Shown: one piece after another, positions 27,516 to 41,991 of the stretch | Layout of the letters: every line of letters begins with the position of its first letter | Numbering within the stretch: position 1 is the first letter of the stretch | DNA from: Geosiphon pyriformis uo1 | Taxonomy: Eukaryota; Fungi; Glomeromycota | NCBI GenBank assembly: GCA_016748015.1 | Contig: JAAOMT010000695.1 | Span: 1-64,000, forward strand | DNA: 64,000 nt | Reading direction: 5' to 3' | Notes under the pieces: generated by a model | The model's database searches: none | Told to the model about the DNA's origin: nothing | Seen by the model: only the letters and a program-made list of their open reading frames with translations | Made by a program: the position numbers and the translations under genes

Positions 27516-27699
27516 AGAACTTTAATGAGAATTTTAAAAAAAAAAACAATATTAAACTCTTAAAAAGTGGGCTAAAACCTACAGGAATTGAACCAAGGAA
27601 GATTATCAACGCATTCTTTGAACAAAAGAATCCTTTAAAACTACCGATTCTTTTGAAAAATTTCATAGCATAGATGTACCCTTTCAAGTATGACTGGTG

Positions 27700-28025
27700 A
27701 AATATGTGGAGACCAATGATTATGACAAACAAAGAAGCAATATTCCAGCAAGATAACGCTCTAATTTATAAGTGCAAGTTTTTTAAAGAACTCCAAAATA
27801 ATCTTGGAATTGTGACTTTGGAATGGTCTCCAAAATTATCAGACCTTAGTTTAATAAAAAAAATATGGAGAAAATTTAAAAATTGGAATCATCAAAACCG
27901 AGAGCTACAAACAGAAACTGACTTGTAGAAGGCAGTCTTTACAGTTTGGAATTCTATTCCATTAAAAACAATTCTTCAATTTATTTATTAGATGCCGAAA
28001 TCGTATTAAAAAAGTTATAAAAAGA
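27700..28025 (+). mobile_element. Tc1/mariner (DDE_3) transposase relic
   Basis: IFQQDNA...LEWSPKLSDLSLIKKIW...DL*KAVFTVWNSIP, degenerate forms of FQQDNA and WPPxSPDLNPIENxW. Confidence 0.85.
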
Positions 28026-28184
28026 AAAGTTTGTTTTTCAATAATAAAATTATTTTTATAACTTTTATCGGGTAAAAATAATAACTATTATTTTTTATCT
28101 TAAAAATATCCTCTTAATTTTATGTCACCAGTCTGAAAAATAAAGTAAGGATTTTTACTTTCTTTTCAAAAAATTTTAAACGAA

Positions 28185-29633
28185 TTAACTACAATCTCCC
28201 ATTCTAATGTCGAAATAAGGCCCATCATGAAAAAAATCATCCGGAACGTTGATGATTGATTGTCCTCCATTACACTCCTAAAGAGAAGAATTTTTTCAAA
28301 ATTTTATTGATTCAAAAGATTTTCTTTAAAAAAAAAAACCTACCATATTCTCACTATTCCATTTCTCAATCCATATTTCTCTTTGAGTCAATTTAAGTAA
28401 TCGATTATTACAATCCCAATATGAATATGGATGAAAATTAACATCATCGGAACAATTGCAATTTTCTAATGGCTCAATCCAGATTTCAAACCCAAAATGT
28501 TTCCACTTCAATAGATCACGAGGAAAGTGTGGAACATGGTCATTTCCATGGGTTATACGATGATGTGTAATTATATCATTTGCAAAGTTACTGAATTGGT
28601 TATTCCCAATTCTCGGAGCTCCAAATGTGATAATCTGTTGTCCAATGTTATTCACATCTATTTCAGGCCATAACTTCGATTGAGTAATCTCATATCTTTG
28701 AATAGCCCATCGGATACCAGCGATTGAGGCATATGCTATTATTTCAGAAATATAAAGTATTTCAGATTTTTGATTATCGAAACTGAAAAAAAAAAATCTT
28801 TAGTTTCCCAAACCTCCACCAATACCATGCCCAACGAAAAAAATTTCCCTCGTGTTGGGACTTTTTTTTAAAACTTCCCGCATCGTTTCTAAAATTCTGG
28901 GAAACATGGATTCAATAATTTCCGAGAATAGTTTATTAACACGGGCACCATGGTCAAATATTGGGAAGCCTTTCACTTCAAATAAAATTTGTTCATGGAT
29001 TATATTGGGCCAGGTAATCTTTTTTATTTTCTAAGAAATAAATAAATAAATTTCTATTTAGTGAATTTAATTCTGACATTCTATTTCAGGAAATAAAAAA
29101 TAATTACTGGTCCTCCAAAGTACACAACTAAAGCCGTATAAAATTCTTGATTTTTTACAAATCCCAATTTGACTAAAGAGTAAAAATTTAAGATAAATAT
29201 CAAAAAATAATTTTTGATATGAAGTTGACCTAAATCAATTGTTTTATTCTGAAAGGATCAAACCAGTTATAGATCCATTTGTTGAGTTGCAATAGGAGTC
29301 ACTTGCAAGGTATGCCAACTGTTTATAAAGTGAGAATAAATATTTGTCAGTTTCTATTAAAGTTTTAGGCAACGATTGAGATCGTTTTGTGACTCGATTA
29401 AATTTGAAAGGAACTTTAATTTGATTTTTCCAATTAACTATGATTGGAAAAGTGAGATTTTCATTCTGTTTGAAGAAATTTTGAATTTTTAGAGCTTTAT
29501 GAGAAACTATCCAATCTTCAAAATTTTCATGCGACCAAAACTGAAATGCAAAGTATATAAATATTGGAAGGATAATTTTTCTTCTCGATAAAATTTTGAA
29601 AGCTTTCATGGCAAAATCTTTAAAAGAAGTCAT
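28185..29633 (-). CDS. Class-3 lipase-fold protein D, Ser>Gly
   Basis: 5 exons. TM-like IILPIFIYFAFQFW, TKRS, ASDSYC, YFGGP, FFVGHGIGG, TFGAPRIGN, NDHVPHFP, NCNC, last exon ECNGG..FHDGPYFDIRMGDC. Confidence 0.87.
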
Positions 29634-31620
29634 TATGCTCTTCAAACACCATAAATTGGGTTCCTAGTTATTATCTGCTTTAAATTGTTTTTCGGCAATT
29701 TATCATGTTCCGAGATAAAATAGAACATTTCAAACAAATTCATCAAAACAAAAACATATTTATGTATTTATTTGTATATTATCATGCGAACTGCCATTTT
29801 GGATCTTATTCCAAAATATTTGACAGCCAACAAGAAAATCTTTTAATTAAGAACATAACATATGCAAGACCCTTAAAAACATAATAAAATTCAAGGGAAA
29901 TCTCGCTGAATTTCAAAAAAGTATGTGTATAAAGGCCCTAAATAATGGAAAAGTAGATCTGAAGTTTAAGTAAATTAAAATCTGGAGTAAACAAATTTTG
30001 AAAAATAGCAAGGAAAAATCGAAGCCATTAAGTCAAAAAATTTGAATAGAAAATATTGTTTAAGATTTTTCACATGTATTTTTTTGATAATCTAGCCAAA
30101 TTCTTTCATATAAATATTTGAATTTTTTCTTTATGAATTAGAACAGCAAAATTTTTAGCTAAAAAAAATTCAAATAACATAATTAAAATACATATATATG
30201 TTCAATTTTTATTTTGAAAATAAACTTAGCTTGTATATTTTCAAATAAATTTAATTATAACTTGATAAGTAAATAGTTTTTTTCTTTTCGAAAAATAATA
30301 GGTTCAATAAATATTAAACTTTTTAAAAATTATAATTGATTTAAAAACTTGATTAATATGTAATAATAAAAATAGGAAATAAAAATAATATAAAATAGAA
30401 TAAAAGTTTTTCTATGTAAAAAGTATAAATAAAATAATGTTCAAATAGTTAAAAAATTAACAAATATGTTTGTTTAATTTATATTATATTATTAAATCAA
30501 TTAAAATTAAACTATTCAAAACAAGTTATGTATTTGCATAAAAATAAAAAGCTTTTATAAAAATTATTATTTTTCAACTATTAACATCTTTTATAATTTG
30601 AAAAATTAAAATTATGAACTGCAAACTTCATTTTACACTCGTAAAAATAATTTTTAACTATAATTTATCAATCAATGAATAAGCCTGTGGTTTTAAAATC
30701 CAGCTTCATCCAACATAAAAGCAAAAAAAAATTGAATTAACTTTTATCAACATTTCAATACAACTAATAGTTAATATTTTAAAGAAGAATATTTAAATAT
30801 TGCTTGAAGTTGTCTTTATTTTTTTTTGTTAATTATATCATAAATAATTCATAATTATATATACTAGATTTTTAGATATGTGATTTATTTATAACTTTTA
30901 AACTTTTTAAATAATATACATCCTAAGGAATATACATTCAGATACAGTTATAATGAATTATTTTTTTTATGCTTTTATTACGTTAAATCTTATACTGGTC
31001 ATCTATAACATCTATTGTAAATTTTGGTATAATCTAAAAAATACAATAAATTTCTAATTAAAAAAATATAAATTTAACAATTTTTTTAATATTGTCAAAG
31101 AGATAGCCCAATTATTTACTATTAAAAATAACTTTTATATACTTATAATACACAAATATCTTAGTTAATACTAAATTTTTTAATATATTGTTACAAAATT
31201 TTATTCTTAAATCTATTTTTTACCATTTTTAAAGCTATAAACAAAATTTTCTTATAATAAAAATATGAGAAATTTTTCTTTTCCAGCCAATAAACTTTAT
31301 ATTTTGAAATTCTTTTCTAGGTTGCATATGATCAAAGGTATATTGCTGTTTATGTAAATATGATAAGCTATATTTTAAAGCAAATATTCAAAAACTAATT
31401 GAAGTATTTTTTATTAATTAAGTATATTTTTTGAAACAAAATTTATGAAACTGAAAATAAGTTAATATCTTTTTTGTTTTGCAATATTCTAAAAAAAAAT
31501 CTATTATATCAAATAACTTAAAAGCTCTTAAACTGTATTTTTTGAGTTTTATTAAAAAGATGTTTATTTTTATTTTCCAATAACAGTTTCATTTCTATTA
31601 ATTCAAAGGCACCATTTTTG

Positions 31621-31800
31621 AAAACTGTTTGGGAACGTGACAAAAACGCTGCCCAAAACGTAAGAGATATTCTTCTTTATTATGTGACTAAGAGTGAAGG
31701 AGAGAGACGAAAAATTGTTTTATCGGATACAAATACAATTAACTACCCTTGGCAAGAATGAATAGCTTGTGGGCAAAAACGATGGTTCCCATGTTATCTA
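31621..31800 (+). mobile_element. Probable Fanzor/TnpB C-terminal remnant plus 3' flank
   Basis: KTVWERDKNAAQNVRDILLYYVTKSEGERRK..* matches the W-x-RD-x-NAA-x-N RuvC-III motif and tail of Fanzor1/TnpB. No upstream domains are recognisable. Confidence 0.6.
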
Positions 31801-33091
31801 TAAAGTCGTAGTCTCTATCGAAGATGTATGCTTAATTTGAATATGTGAAGCTATGCATTAAGAAACTGGAAATTTTATAAAAACTCTAAAATAAGCAAAG
31901 ACCAAGCTGGAAACCACTAAGCCAAAAAAATAAATTCTTTGTATGTAATTGGAGGCATTTAAAATTTATGAAATTGAAATTTTTGAATGTAGTTTGTATA
32001 TTTAATATGAATCATATAATTAATTTATAACGGCTTATTTTATCTTTTCACTTTTATCAATATTAAAAATATTTGTATATTTTTTTTAATTTAATTAATA
32101 AATCTTTATTATGATGTTATTTTTTTATAGTTATTTTACTATATTTATTTAACTTATACTTGTATTATATTCTCTGAGAACTAAGAAACTTAAGCTTAAC
32201 TTTATTTTCACCTTAAGACACTTCAATGGAGCAGGTATACATTCATTGGAGATCCAGTAATTTATATGTGTCAAATACTTTTAAAATTTAAAATAGTGGG
32301 AACTGTGATATACTGCACTTAAAGCTCTAAATCTTATGATATTTATTCTAATTTTTTTTACTTTGTAAACTTCACAACTTCTTGATTTTTGATAGTATAA
32401 AGTGTAACAAACTTTCAGAAACATATGAAGAAAGTGAAACTTTTTTTTAAATTGTTTAATTCTTTCAATTTCATACTTATACAATCAATAGTTTTTAACT
32501 ATCTTTGAATATTTTTGATAAATTTTTACTGCCCTTTTTATCTACAAATATTTCTGACAAATTCGACCTTTCCGAAAAAATATTCTGTTCTGTTCGAATC
32601 TAGCAAATTAAAAAGGTCCTTTCTTTCAGCTGAAACTTACTATAACTGGCTCGTTTGAAACAGCGAAAAACATAACATGCTAAAGAGAAATCACAGTGAT
32701 TGAAAAAGTTACAGGGGTAAAATTTTTGCAAATTAGCTGATATGTTCGTTTGCATTGAAATTAACCGAAATATTTTCCATTTTATCATTTTTGCAGTGAA
32801 TGTCTCTAATCTTGGAACTTTTAAAGAAATCTCACTATTCTTATTTCTTTTAAGTCAGCTTTATCTATATAACGAGTAAAAAACACAATACTTAAAAGCT
32901 AACATTATATTTTTAGAATTTAGTTGAATAAACTTTAATTAGCTTGCATGAATAGGTAATCTCTAAAGAGAGATTATAATATAAAATTATAATGAAAAAA
33001 TTATTAAGACTCCTAAAAAACATTTGCCTCACACTCAAATCATTAATTGATATAAGGATGCTATTTCATTACATTGATTAATTAGCTCATA

Positions 33092-34567
33092 TTACATACA
33101 GTCACCCATCGTTATACCAAAATAAGGACCAAAGTGATTATCCCTGCTGGAGTCTGTAATTGTTTGTCCAGCGTTACATTCCTAAAATTATTATTTATTC
33201 ATAAAATAAAAATATAAAGTTTTATTAAGCTTATAAATTTCAGAAGAAGAAATAATTTATATTATAGATAAAATTATTTCTTCACGAACCATATTTTCCA
33301 TCGCTAGATTATCACCAGGAGTCCAAAACCTTTCCCGAATAAATTGTTGTATTCTAACTAACTTTTTTTCTTGATTATCTTCTAATTGTCCACAATCCCA
33401 TATAACCTTGTCTGTGTTTTGGGAACAATTACAATCTATTTCAATCCATATTTCTCTTTCATGATGTTGCATTATTGTGCTCTCATTTTCAATTGGAGGA
33501 AAATGTGGGAAATAATCATTGTAATGAGTTATTCTTATAACCCTTACTATTTCATTCATCATTCTAGCAAACATAATATTTCCGACTCTTGGTTGACCCA
33601 AAGTACCAATAGAAATATCAAGTGGTAAATTTGAATCCAAAAGATTCATTATTACAAATGATAGGCCTGCTATGGCGGCATAAGCTATTTGTTTTTTAAT
33701 TAAAAAGAAAAAGAGTGTCAAAATTAGTAAAATAAAAAATATGATATCCTTCCCTCTATTAAAAGAACTAACCACCACCAACACCATGTCCACAAAAAAT
33801 AACCCTCTTATATCCACTATCTTTTAGTAAAATATTAACTTTGTGGTTAAGAAATTTCATCATCAATGAAACATCATCAAACCATTCTTGATCTACTTTT
33901 ACTAATTCATTTTTCTTCATTCCTGGGACACTAAATGTTACAAGCTGGTTTTTTCTAGCTTGCCATTGTGTTTTTGTGAAATGGGGGCCTTTAAAATACG
34001 CAATGATTGTTTTGATTCCATCTGATTTTGTTACATCAGCTTTTAGATTTATAAGAATAAATAAATAAGGAAAAATTTTAAACCAGATTAATTTGGTTCA
34101 AAAATCAATTAATTGAATAATACTCAATTTCATGAAATACCAGTAATTTTATCCTGTTGCTTTATCGATTTTCCAATTTGATTATAAGGAAAGCAATAAG
34201 GAAAATTTGAAGCCGTAGCTATCAATTGTAATTTTAAATTGTAGAGTTCGTTATTGGTAAGGCTAATTACTCGTTTCTTAGGGTATCCTTCATTATTGTG
34301 AGCTGATTTTTTTGAAAAAAAATTAAAGCTGTTATTTTTAAATGTTTTTATTGGAAATGATAATTGAGGAATTTCTGGAATTTCATTGTAATTTTTTGGC
34401 TTTATAGTTAAGAAATGGAGTGAAAAAGAACATGGGAATTTGAGGTCATTGAAATAGTAAAAAATTTTGGCCAGAAAAATTATTTTAAATAACAATATTA
34501 AAAAGATAGAACAAAATTTCTTTGATTTGAATAAAAAGAATTCTTGCATTTTTAACATGATCTGCAT
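33092..34567 (-). CDS. Class-3 lipase-fold protein E, Ser>Gly (closest to A)
   Basis: 4 exons. TM-like FCSIFLILLFKIIFLA, KKR, SNFPYC, YFKGP, FCGHGVGG, LGQPRVGN, NDYFPHFP, DCNC, last exon ECNAG..NHFGPYFGITMGDC. Confidence 0.87.
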
Positions 34568-37179
34568 ACTCCTAAAAAGACTTTGATATAGGTGAAAATT
34601 TATTGTTATTTTTCTAACAAAAGTAAATATTGACTGAAAGCTATGCCTCCTCGTTATAAACTTTAAGTTTGCAAATACTGAAAATCCTCATTGCATGGTC
34701 ACCCTCGTTAATCCGAAGTTGATTGCCGGATTAAATCTACCTCAGTTTACAACAATATTATTGTTATTACCTCCTGTCACTATTAATATTGTTGTTACAT
34801 GTCTACTATAAAATTATAAGTAGGAAATTTTCATCTTAATTTTTTATTTCAAAATACCTATATATAAAAGTAAATAAACAAATTTATAATCAAGCGTCTG
34901 ATAATTTTATATTACATGTTTTTTTTTTAGATAATTACAATAATAATGGTAGGATTTGACATTTAAAAAAAATATTTTTAAGTATAAATTTTAATAATAA
35001 CACATAAAATACATTTCAAATTTTGAGATTTGTTAGAGATTGTACTTTAATAAGTTATTGAATTGATTTGTTTAGGTTTTTTGAAATTAATAAAATTTTT
35101 TAATTATTCAGGTATAAATTTAATATTGTTTTTTTAAATTGATAATTTGTAATTAATTAAAATAATTAAAATTATTTTTTTATTATAAAATTTTTAATCG
35201 TATTATTTATAAATGTAAATTATTAGGAATTTTTTATTTTAATTTTTTTTATATTATATTATGAATTTCTTGTTTTATAATAATAAAAAATAAAGTATAA
35301 TTTATATTATATTTCAATGTTAATAATTTAGTAAATTAAATTATTTATTGTTTACAATTTTAATTAAAATTATTAATAAAAAAATATTTTTTAAAACTAC
35401 AATTTATTGTTGAATTCAAAATAATTGAAAAACCATCTTTAATCATAATAACTATTAATTATATACTTGAATTAGTTAACAGTCAGCTTGCTTTTTCATG
35501 TTGAAAATGATGAAAAGATCAAAAGTTTTAATTTGTTGTCACATTAAAAATTTGGTCAGATTTATGTGTAACAAGAAGAAAATTACAAATCACAAAAAAA
35601 TGCAAGATTTCTCAATTTGATATTATATATAGACAAAATTTTGATTAAATAAAGTTTTCAAACATAAATTTTATTGTCTTTTAAATAATTTTTTAAATCA
35701 AATATGTCGGCTTTATTTATACACCATAATGTGTATGTAATTTTAAAAATTTAAATTTATTAAAACTAAAAAATTTAAATTCATTAAAACTATCATGATA
35801 GGTAAAGAAAATAATTTTTTTTACGTGTAAATTTTTTTGAGTTGTGATCTTAAAGTTAAACATAATTCTGTTTCATAATGTGATTAAAATTAAAAAAATA
35901 TTGTAAAGATAAATAAAATTATTCAATATAAGAGAAATAAAATATTAAATGTTATACTTAGAATACTAAAAATAATTTAAGTTGTGAGTGCAATACAATA
36001 TTCAATAATAAATTATGTGAAAAAGAGTTTTTTCCTTGTTAAACATATCAACCTAAAAATAGTGTTATGGTCGAATGTAACACGCTAATGAATAACAATG
36101 GAGAACAATATTTTTAATGGTGATAAAAATAATAAAAGGATAATTCAACTTTAATGAGTCAATTGAATTAGTAAGGATTCAATGTGCAAGATAAGTCTCA
36201 TAAATATCTCAGTTCCTATTCTTTCCAAAAAGGTAACAAGGGAATCTGAAGGTAGAAGGATAGTCTGTACTGTCAACAAAAGATAACACAATGGTATAAT
36301 TTTACGTCTCATGTCGGTGCTTTTAGAATTCAATATCAGGTATCAGTTGTACTTACCAGTAAATGTTTATTCAATATACTTCACAAAAACTAACAAATCA
36401 TACAAATCAAGAAAAGAAAAGGGAAAAGAAATAGTGAAAAGGAATTAAAGGAGTTTATATCGTTGTATTGATCTTTGTTTTAAATGAATTGATCTGATTT
36501 TGAATGAATTTCTACAGCTTTGGAAAGTCTCACTTATAAACTGTTAAAAAGGGATCAATTATCAGGTCATTGATTACAAGTCAACGACTAAGTTAATGAT
36601 CAAGTCAATGATATAATTCTAAAAATAGGGTGGCTAATTAAAGACATCAGTGGCTAATACATGTGACTAAATAAATAAAATTAAAAAGTAAAAGTTTCAA
36701 CCGTAACAATAGTGTGTAACGGGAAAAGTAAGATTCATATAAAATGAATATGATAGACTTCATTTTCATTATTTCAATTTCCAGCTTTGTAAATAATTTA
36801 CATTAAAAATGAACTTTTTCAGTTAAAAAACGTAGCAAGTTAAAGCTATTATGAGGGGGGTAACGTTCCTTAGTAAACTCACTAAGCTAGTGATCTTTCA
36901 CTGTACAATAAAATGCTCAAAAGTCGGGATAATTGAGCGCAAAGGCAGTAATGGTTGTATCAAAGAGATTACGCTACATGTATCAAGAAAAGTAGGAAAA
37001 TATTTTTACATAAATTCTTGGTCTCTGTAAATGATTTCTATTAATTTAGATACAGAGAGAGAGTAGAAATTTTATATCGCACAATTGACAAATAAACATT
37101 TTAAAGCATTTAGATATATGAAAAACTTACTAATTACTACGCGAATGCCCATAAAAATTCAAAAGCAGAAATCTGTTTG

Positions 37180-37870
37180 AATGAGCCAAAGTTCATCTTA
37201 GAAAACCCTTATTTTCTGATGAAACGGCATTGCAACTATTTCCAAACACGATTGAGCACTAATAAAATGGGAAAAAATTAGTTTGTCCAAGCTTTTTGGT
37301 CGAGCGGCCTTGTGTGAAGGGGAAAAACGAGCTTATTTTGTTTTCAGCGTATCATGGATCCTAAGTTTTATGCTGAAATTTTGCGACAGTATGTTGAGGA
37401 AATTAATCATATACTTAGGAAGAAGTAGCACTTTCAACAAGATAATTATTTCAAGTATACAATTCGAGTAACTAAGGCGTTTCTTGTGGAAAATGTACCC
37501 AAACTTATTGACTGACCGTCGTCTAAATCCTATTTAAAAATCTGTTAAACGTGAAGTAGAAAAAAGAATATCGCAAAATGTGAATAATTTGGAATGATTT
37601 ATGGTTGAATAATCGAATTCATTACCAAAAAACCATGTTAAAACAATTTGGTCAATTCAATGCCGCGACGTTGCGAGTTGATTATCGAGAGTAAAGGCGT
37701 ATCAATTTATAAAGTTGGATTTTACAAGGATTTGATTTGCAAAATCTAGCAAGAGAAATAAAATTTGGCCTAATTTTTATAGGAATTAAGTAATATTTCT
37801 TTGGAAAACTTTCATTTTACTTATTTTCAATTGAATTTAAGCTAGAATGGAACCTTTTCCTATCACTATA
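37180..37870 (+). mobile_element. Tc1/mariner transposase relic with candidate right TIR
   Basis: FSDET..GKTSLFCFQRIMD..Y.EIL..FQQDN..LID*PS..LNPI..LVNSMPRRCELIIESKG, with multiple stops. The sequence ..ccttttcctatcactaTA near 37870 resembles a Tc1 end. Confidence 0.85.
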
Positions 37871-38381
37871 CACAATAATTGAGAGATAAATTTCAAAAAC
37901 TTCAAGCAGAAGCAAATAATATCAAAGTGTAAAAACTCAGACTCTATTTTCTACTTCACAAACATGAAACACTATATTTTGTTAGAAAGGAAATTTTCGC
38001 TTTACTAGCGGGATCACTTTTTCTTGTCATTGAATTGAAAGTTATTTGTTTTCCATAAAAAAGTACTCGATTGAATTAGTTTTACTGATTAGCACAAATG
38101 ATCGTTTAATTGAATTTTTTGTTCAATGACTTGGATTGCTGACGAGAATACAAATGTCATTTTCTAAATGAATAGCTTCGTAAGAATAAGTCATCAAAAA
38201 AATTCATGACTCTGTCTCTTAGTATGACATTGTCCTAAATATAGACCATACAGGCGACTCGTGAAATCTTCAAAATCTAATATATACGGTGGATCCCCAC
38301 ACTTCTCTGGAAATTTACTTTTAATTCAAACTTTCAAAACTTTATTGATATTATTGGTATTCCTATTTTTTAATCAACAAA

Positions 38382-41300
38382 ATGTCTAAGCGGCATGAAC
38401 CAGAAAAATCCTCCCCGATTCGTAAGGAAGGCATCAAGAAACAAAAAAACAAAGATCTTGAACTCTATTTCGAAATCAAGGTGTCGAAAAGACCAGGAGT
38501 GGGGACATTGGGAAGAACAGTAGCACTCAAGGCGAATTATATACGCATCGTTCAAGTAATTATTTCCGTGGATTATAAATTCTTTAAATCGGAAGGTCAT
38601 GATTTCAACTGTAAAAAAAAATTTAATACAGATTTCACACTATTCGCCTCTCAGCTACTAGATCGCTTGATCTATCATTATAATTTTCTCGTAGAACCTC
38701 CAGTTAAAACTCCTGTCGCCCTTACGATTTTTTCCAAAATTGGAACTGATGGAACTTTTAGTGATGTCTGCCCCGTGTTTGATGGGAACAGCTCTATCTA
38801 TTCTTTTCGACCTTTGCCTATTGGCAATAAGGAAATTGGAGAAAAGATTTCGGTTAATTTTTGAATTTTTCGTTTCGTTTTTGCCTCGCAACCTGTAAAT
38901 TTTAAATCCTGCGATTATAATAGGTCAGACTTGGCAAGATAAAAACTTTTCATGTTACCATCCGAAAAATTGAAGAGTTGGAACTTAGACCTGTATTTGA
39001 CTACATTTCCGGGAAAACTCCCCTCAATAGCCAAATTGCTAATTGCAGGGCCATATTAAACACTATTTTTAATTATAAACCCCGAAGCACATTTGCTACA
39101 TTAAAGAAAGGTATATTTCCCGAAGTTAATAACCAAAAACCAATTCTTTTGTCCGGAGGTATTCAGCTAAAACTTGGATTATTTCAAGCTTTGCATTTAG
39201 GCTGGGGTAAGTAAAAGCATAATTATTTTAAAAATGACTATTTTAATTAAATCAAATCTACAAATTTTAATTTTCTAGATCATATGTATCTTAATGTGGA
39301 CGTTTGCGCAGCTACTTTTTATCCGAGTATGTGGCTCATCGACGTTATAGGCCGCTACTTGGAAAAAAATCACCGAGACGATTTGCGACGTGGTATAAAT
39401 ATCCAGGAAAAAAGAAAAATCGAAAAGGTGGATGGAATTAACAACAATTTAACATCTTCGCTTCAATAATTTCAATTAATTTCATGTTTATAATTTTGAT
39501 GGGATATGGAAGTACTTCCATGGAGTTCAAATAAGAGTAATCCATCGTGGAGAGCAAAAACGTAAATACAAGATTGAAAGGTTTTCACAAATGGCGACGG
39601 ATGAACAGACATTCCTAAAAAATGGGAAGCATATCACAATTCTTGAATACTTCTCTCAAACCTATGGAAAGCGATTAGAATATAAGGCTTTACCTTGCAT
39701 TGTCGTCAAAAAGAATGTACTTTTGCCGTTGGAGGTATGCGAGATAACTCCAGGTATTTAGGCAATTTTGAATATATATGTGAGCTTCTTATAATTATTT
39801 CAAGTATTGAAAGATTATGAAATTCGACATCTCAAATGAAGGGCAATCATTTAAAAAAGAGTTAAGTGATAAAGTCAAAGCTGAGATAGTTAAAACAACC
39901 GCAATGAAACCCCAAGAAAGGTTCCGTTTTATCGAAAATGGCATTCAAAACTATTTCAAGTATCAAGAGGATGAAAATCTTCAACAGCTTGGCGTCCGAG
40001 TTGAGAACCAACTTGTTACTGTAAATGGTGGATAAGAAGAATTTTCTTTTTTTCTTTTCATTATTTATTTCTTTGAAAGTTTATATCATCTAAATATGTT
40101 ATATCAGGGCGAGTTCTCGACACCCCAACTGTTACTTTTCATCCAAAATCACAAGCTAGAGAGGAAGCTCCCCGCAGTGCAAGATGGACCCTTAATAACA
40201 AAATTTTTGTAAAGGTAAATCAATTTCAACTGTTTCCTCCATATTAGGATGGCTTCTAACTGCCAAAATTCATTAAGGGACGCCAATTAGTAAACTGGGG
40301 AATTCTTGTCGTATGTGGTCAACAGGATGCTCCACAACAAAATGTACAAAGGTTCATTCGTGAAATCAAAGATGTCTTGAGGGAAAAAGGGATCGTAAGT
40401 ATTTCAGTAGTAAGCAAACAAATTTAAAGGTTTTTTATATATTAATTCCTTAAAATGTCTTATAGATGGTTGCAGAGAATCAAAATCCTTACCTTCAATA
40501 TAATGATCCAATTCATAAGAATTTAGAAGAGGTATTATTCATTATACCAATCCAAAATTATCAAAATGTTTACTTCAAATTATTATTATATCCCTTCAGG
40601 CGTTCAGTCAAACAATTGAAAGATGTCATGTTAACAAAAATGGTCCACCCCAATTGATCATCTGCATAATTGCGAAGAAATCCAATGAGCTTTATGGTCG
40701 TATAAAGATGTTATCAGACCACAAATTTGGCATACCAAGCCAAGTCATTATTGCTGATAAACTGCGAAGGGCGAATAATCGACCATGCTGGCAGAACATT
40801 GCTTTGAAAATTAATGCAAAACTTGGCGGGCATAATTGTTTTTTGAAGCAAGATCAATTAAGATATTTATTAGAGATGCCTGTAAGTAACTTTCAATTCA
40901 GAAATTAACGGCAACTATTGCTGATGATATATAATATTGATTATGATTTTGATATGAAAGACCATGATCATGGGAGCAGATATTTCCCATCCTGGCCCAG
41001 GGACTAACCAGAAAAGCGTTGCCGCCTTATGTGCCTCAATGGAACCATCTGGCACCACCTATTACGGCCGTTGCAGTATAAACCAAATTCTACGCAATGA
41101 AACAATAGAGAGCTTAGAGGATATGGCCTTTGAATTATTGAAAATTTTCTGGGAGAAGAACAAGCTTCTTCCTTTGCGCATTCTTTTCTATCGCGATGGT
41201 GTTTCGGACTCGCAATTTCGTGCAGTCCTAAATAAAGAAGTAATAGCCTTGAAAAAAGCTTTTTCGAGGATATGCGGTAACAATTCAAAAATACCAACAC

Positions 41301-41991
41301 TCACTTATATAATAGCACAAAAAAGGCATCACACTAGGTAATTAAAACTAGTATTACAACCCAATCATTTACTTTGTTGATTTGTTCTTACTTGACTCAA
41401 TTTTCAGATTTTTCCCAACAAATCTTCGGGAAGGTGACAGAAACGGAAACTGCCAACCGGGCACAGTAGTAGACACAATGATTGTATTGAAAGGAGAATT
41501 TGATTTTTGTATGTTTTTCATAAAGTGATATGATTCTGCGTAATAATCAAATAAATCTTTGTTACTGACTCAATTTTATTAGATCTTCAAAGCCATTCTG
41601 GTATTCATGGCACTACTCGTCCAACACACTATTATGTGTTGTTCGATGAGAATGATCAAAAGCCTGATGCTTTCCAAACCTTAACATACCATTTGTGCTT
41701 TTTATATGCACGGTAAGTATAACATTTTGACTACTTTTTTGAAAATGAACTATTGCACGTATTCCAATCTAAATATCAATGTTATCTACCTTATTAAGGT
41801 GTTCCTCGGCCATTTCAATTGTACCACCTATTGCCTACGCCCACTTGATCGCCCAAAGAGCTCGACTTTATCCAATGAATGAAGATGACCACAATTTTGG
41901 CAATGAAAATCATTCTGAAACGAATTCTCTCTCAACAGTTAGCCTTCCAACACTTCATGAGCAACTTTCAAAGGCAATGTATTTTGTTTAA
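38382..41991 (+). CDS. AGO: Argonaute (N-PAZ-MID-PIWI), about 14 exons, DEDH tetrad intact
   Basis: RPGVGTLG..L.ANY; PAZ (EYF.QTYG..L.Y..LPCI, LPLEVC); MID (YGRIK, SQ, NIALKINAKLGG); PIWI GADISHP, NETIE, YRDGVSDSQF, KRHHTRFFP, GTVVD, GTTRPTHY, AYAHL; ends MYFV. 13 GT-AG introns restore the frame. Confidence 0.96.
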
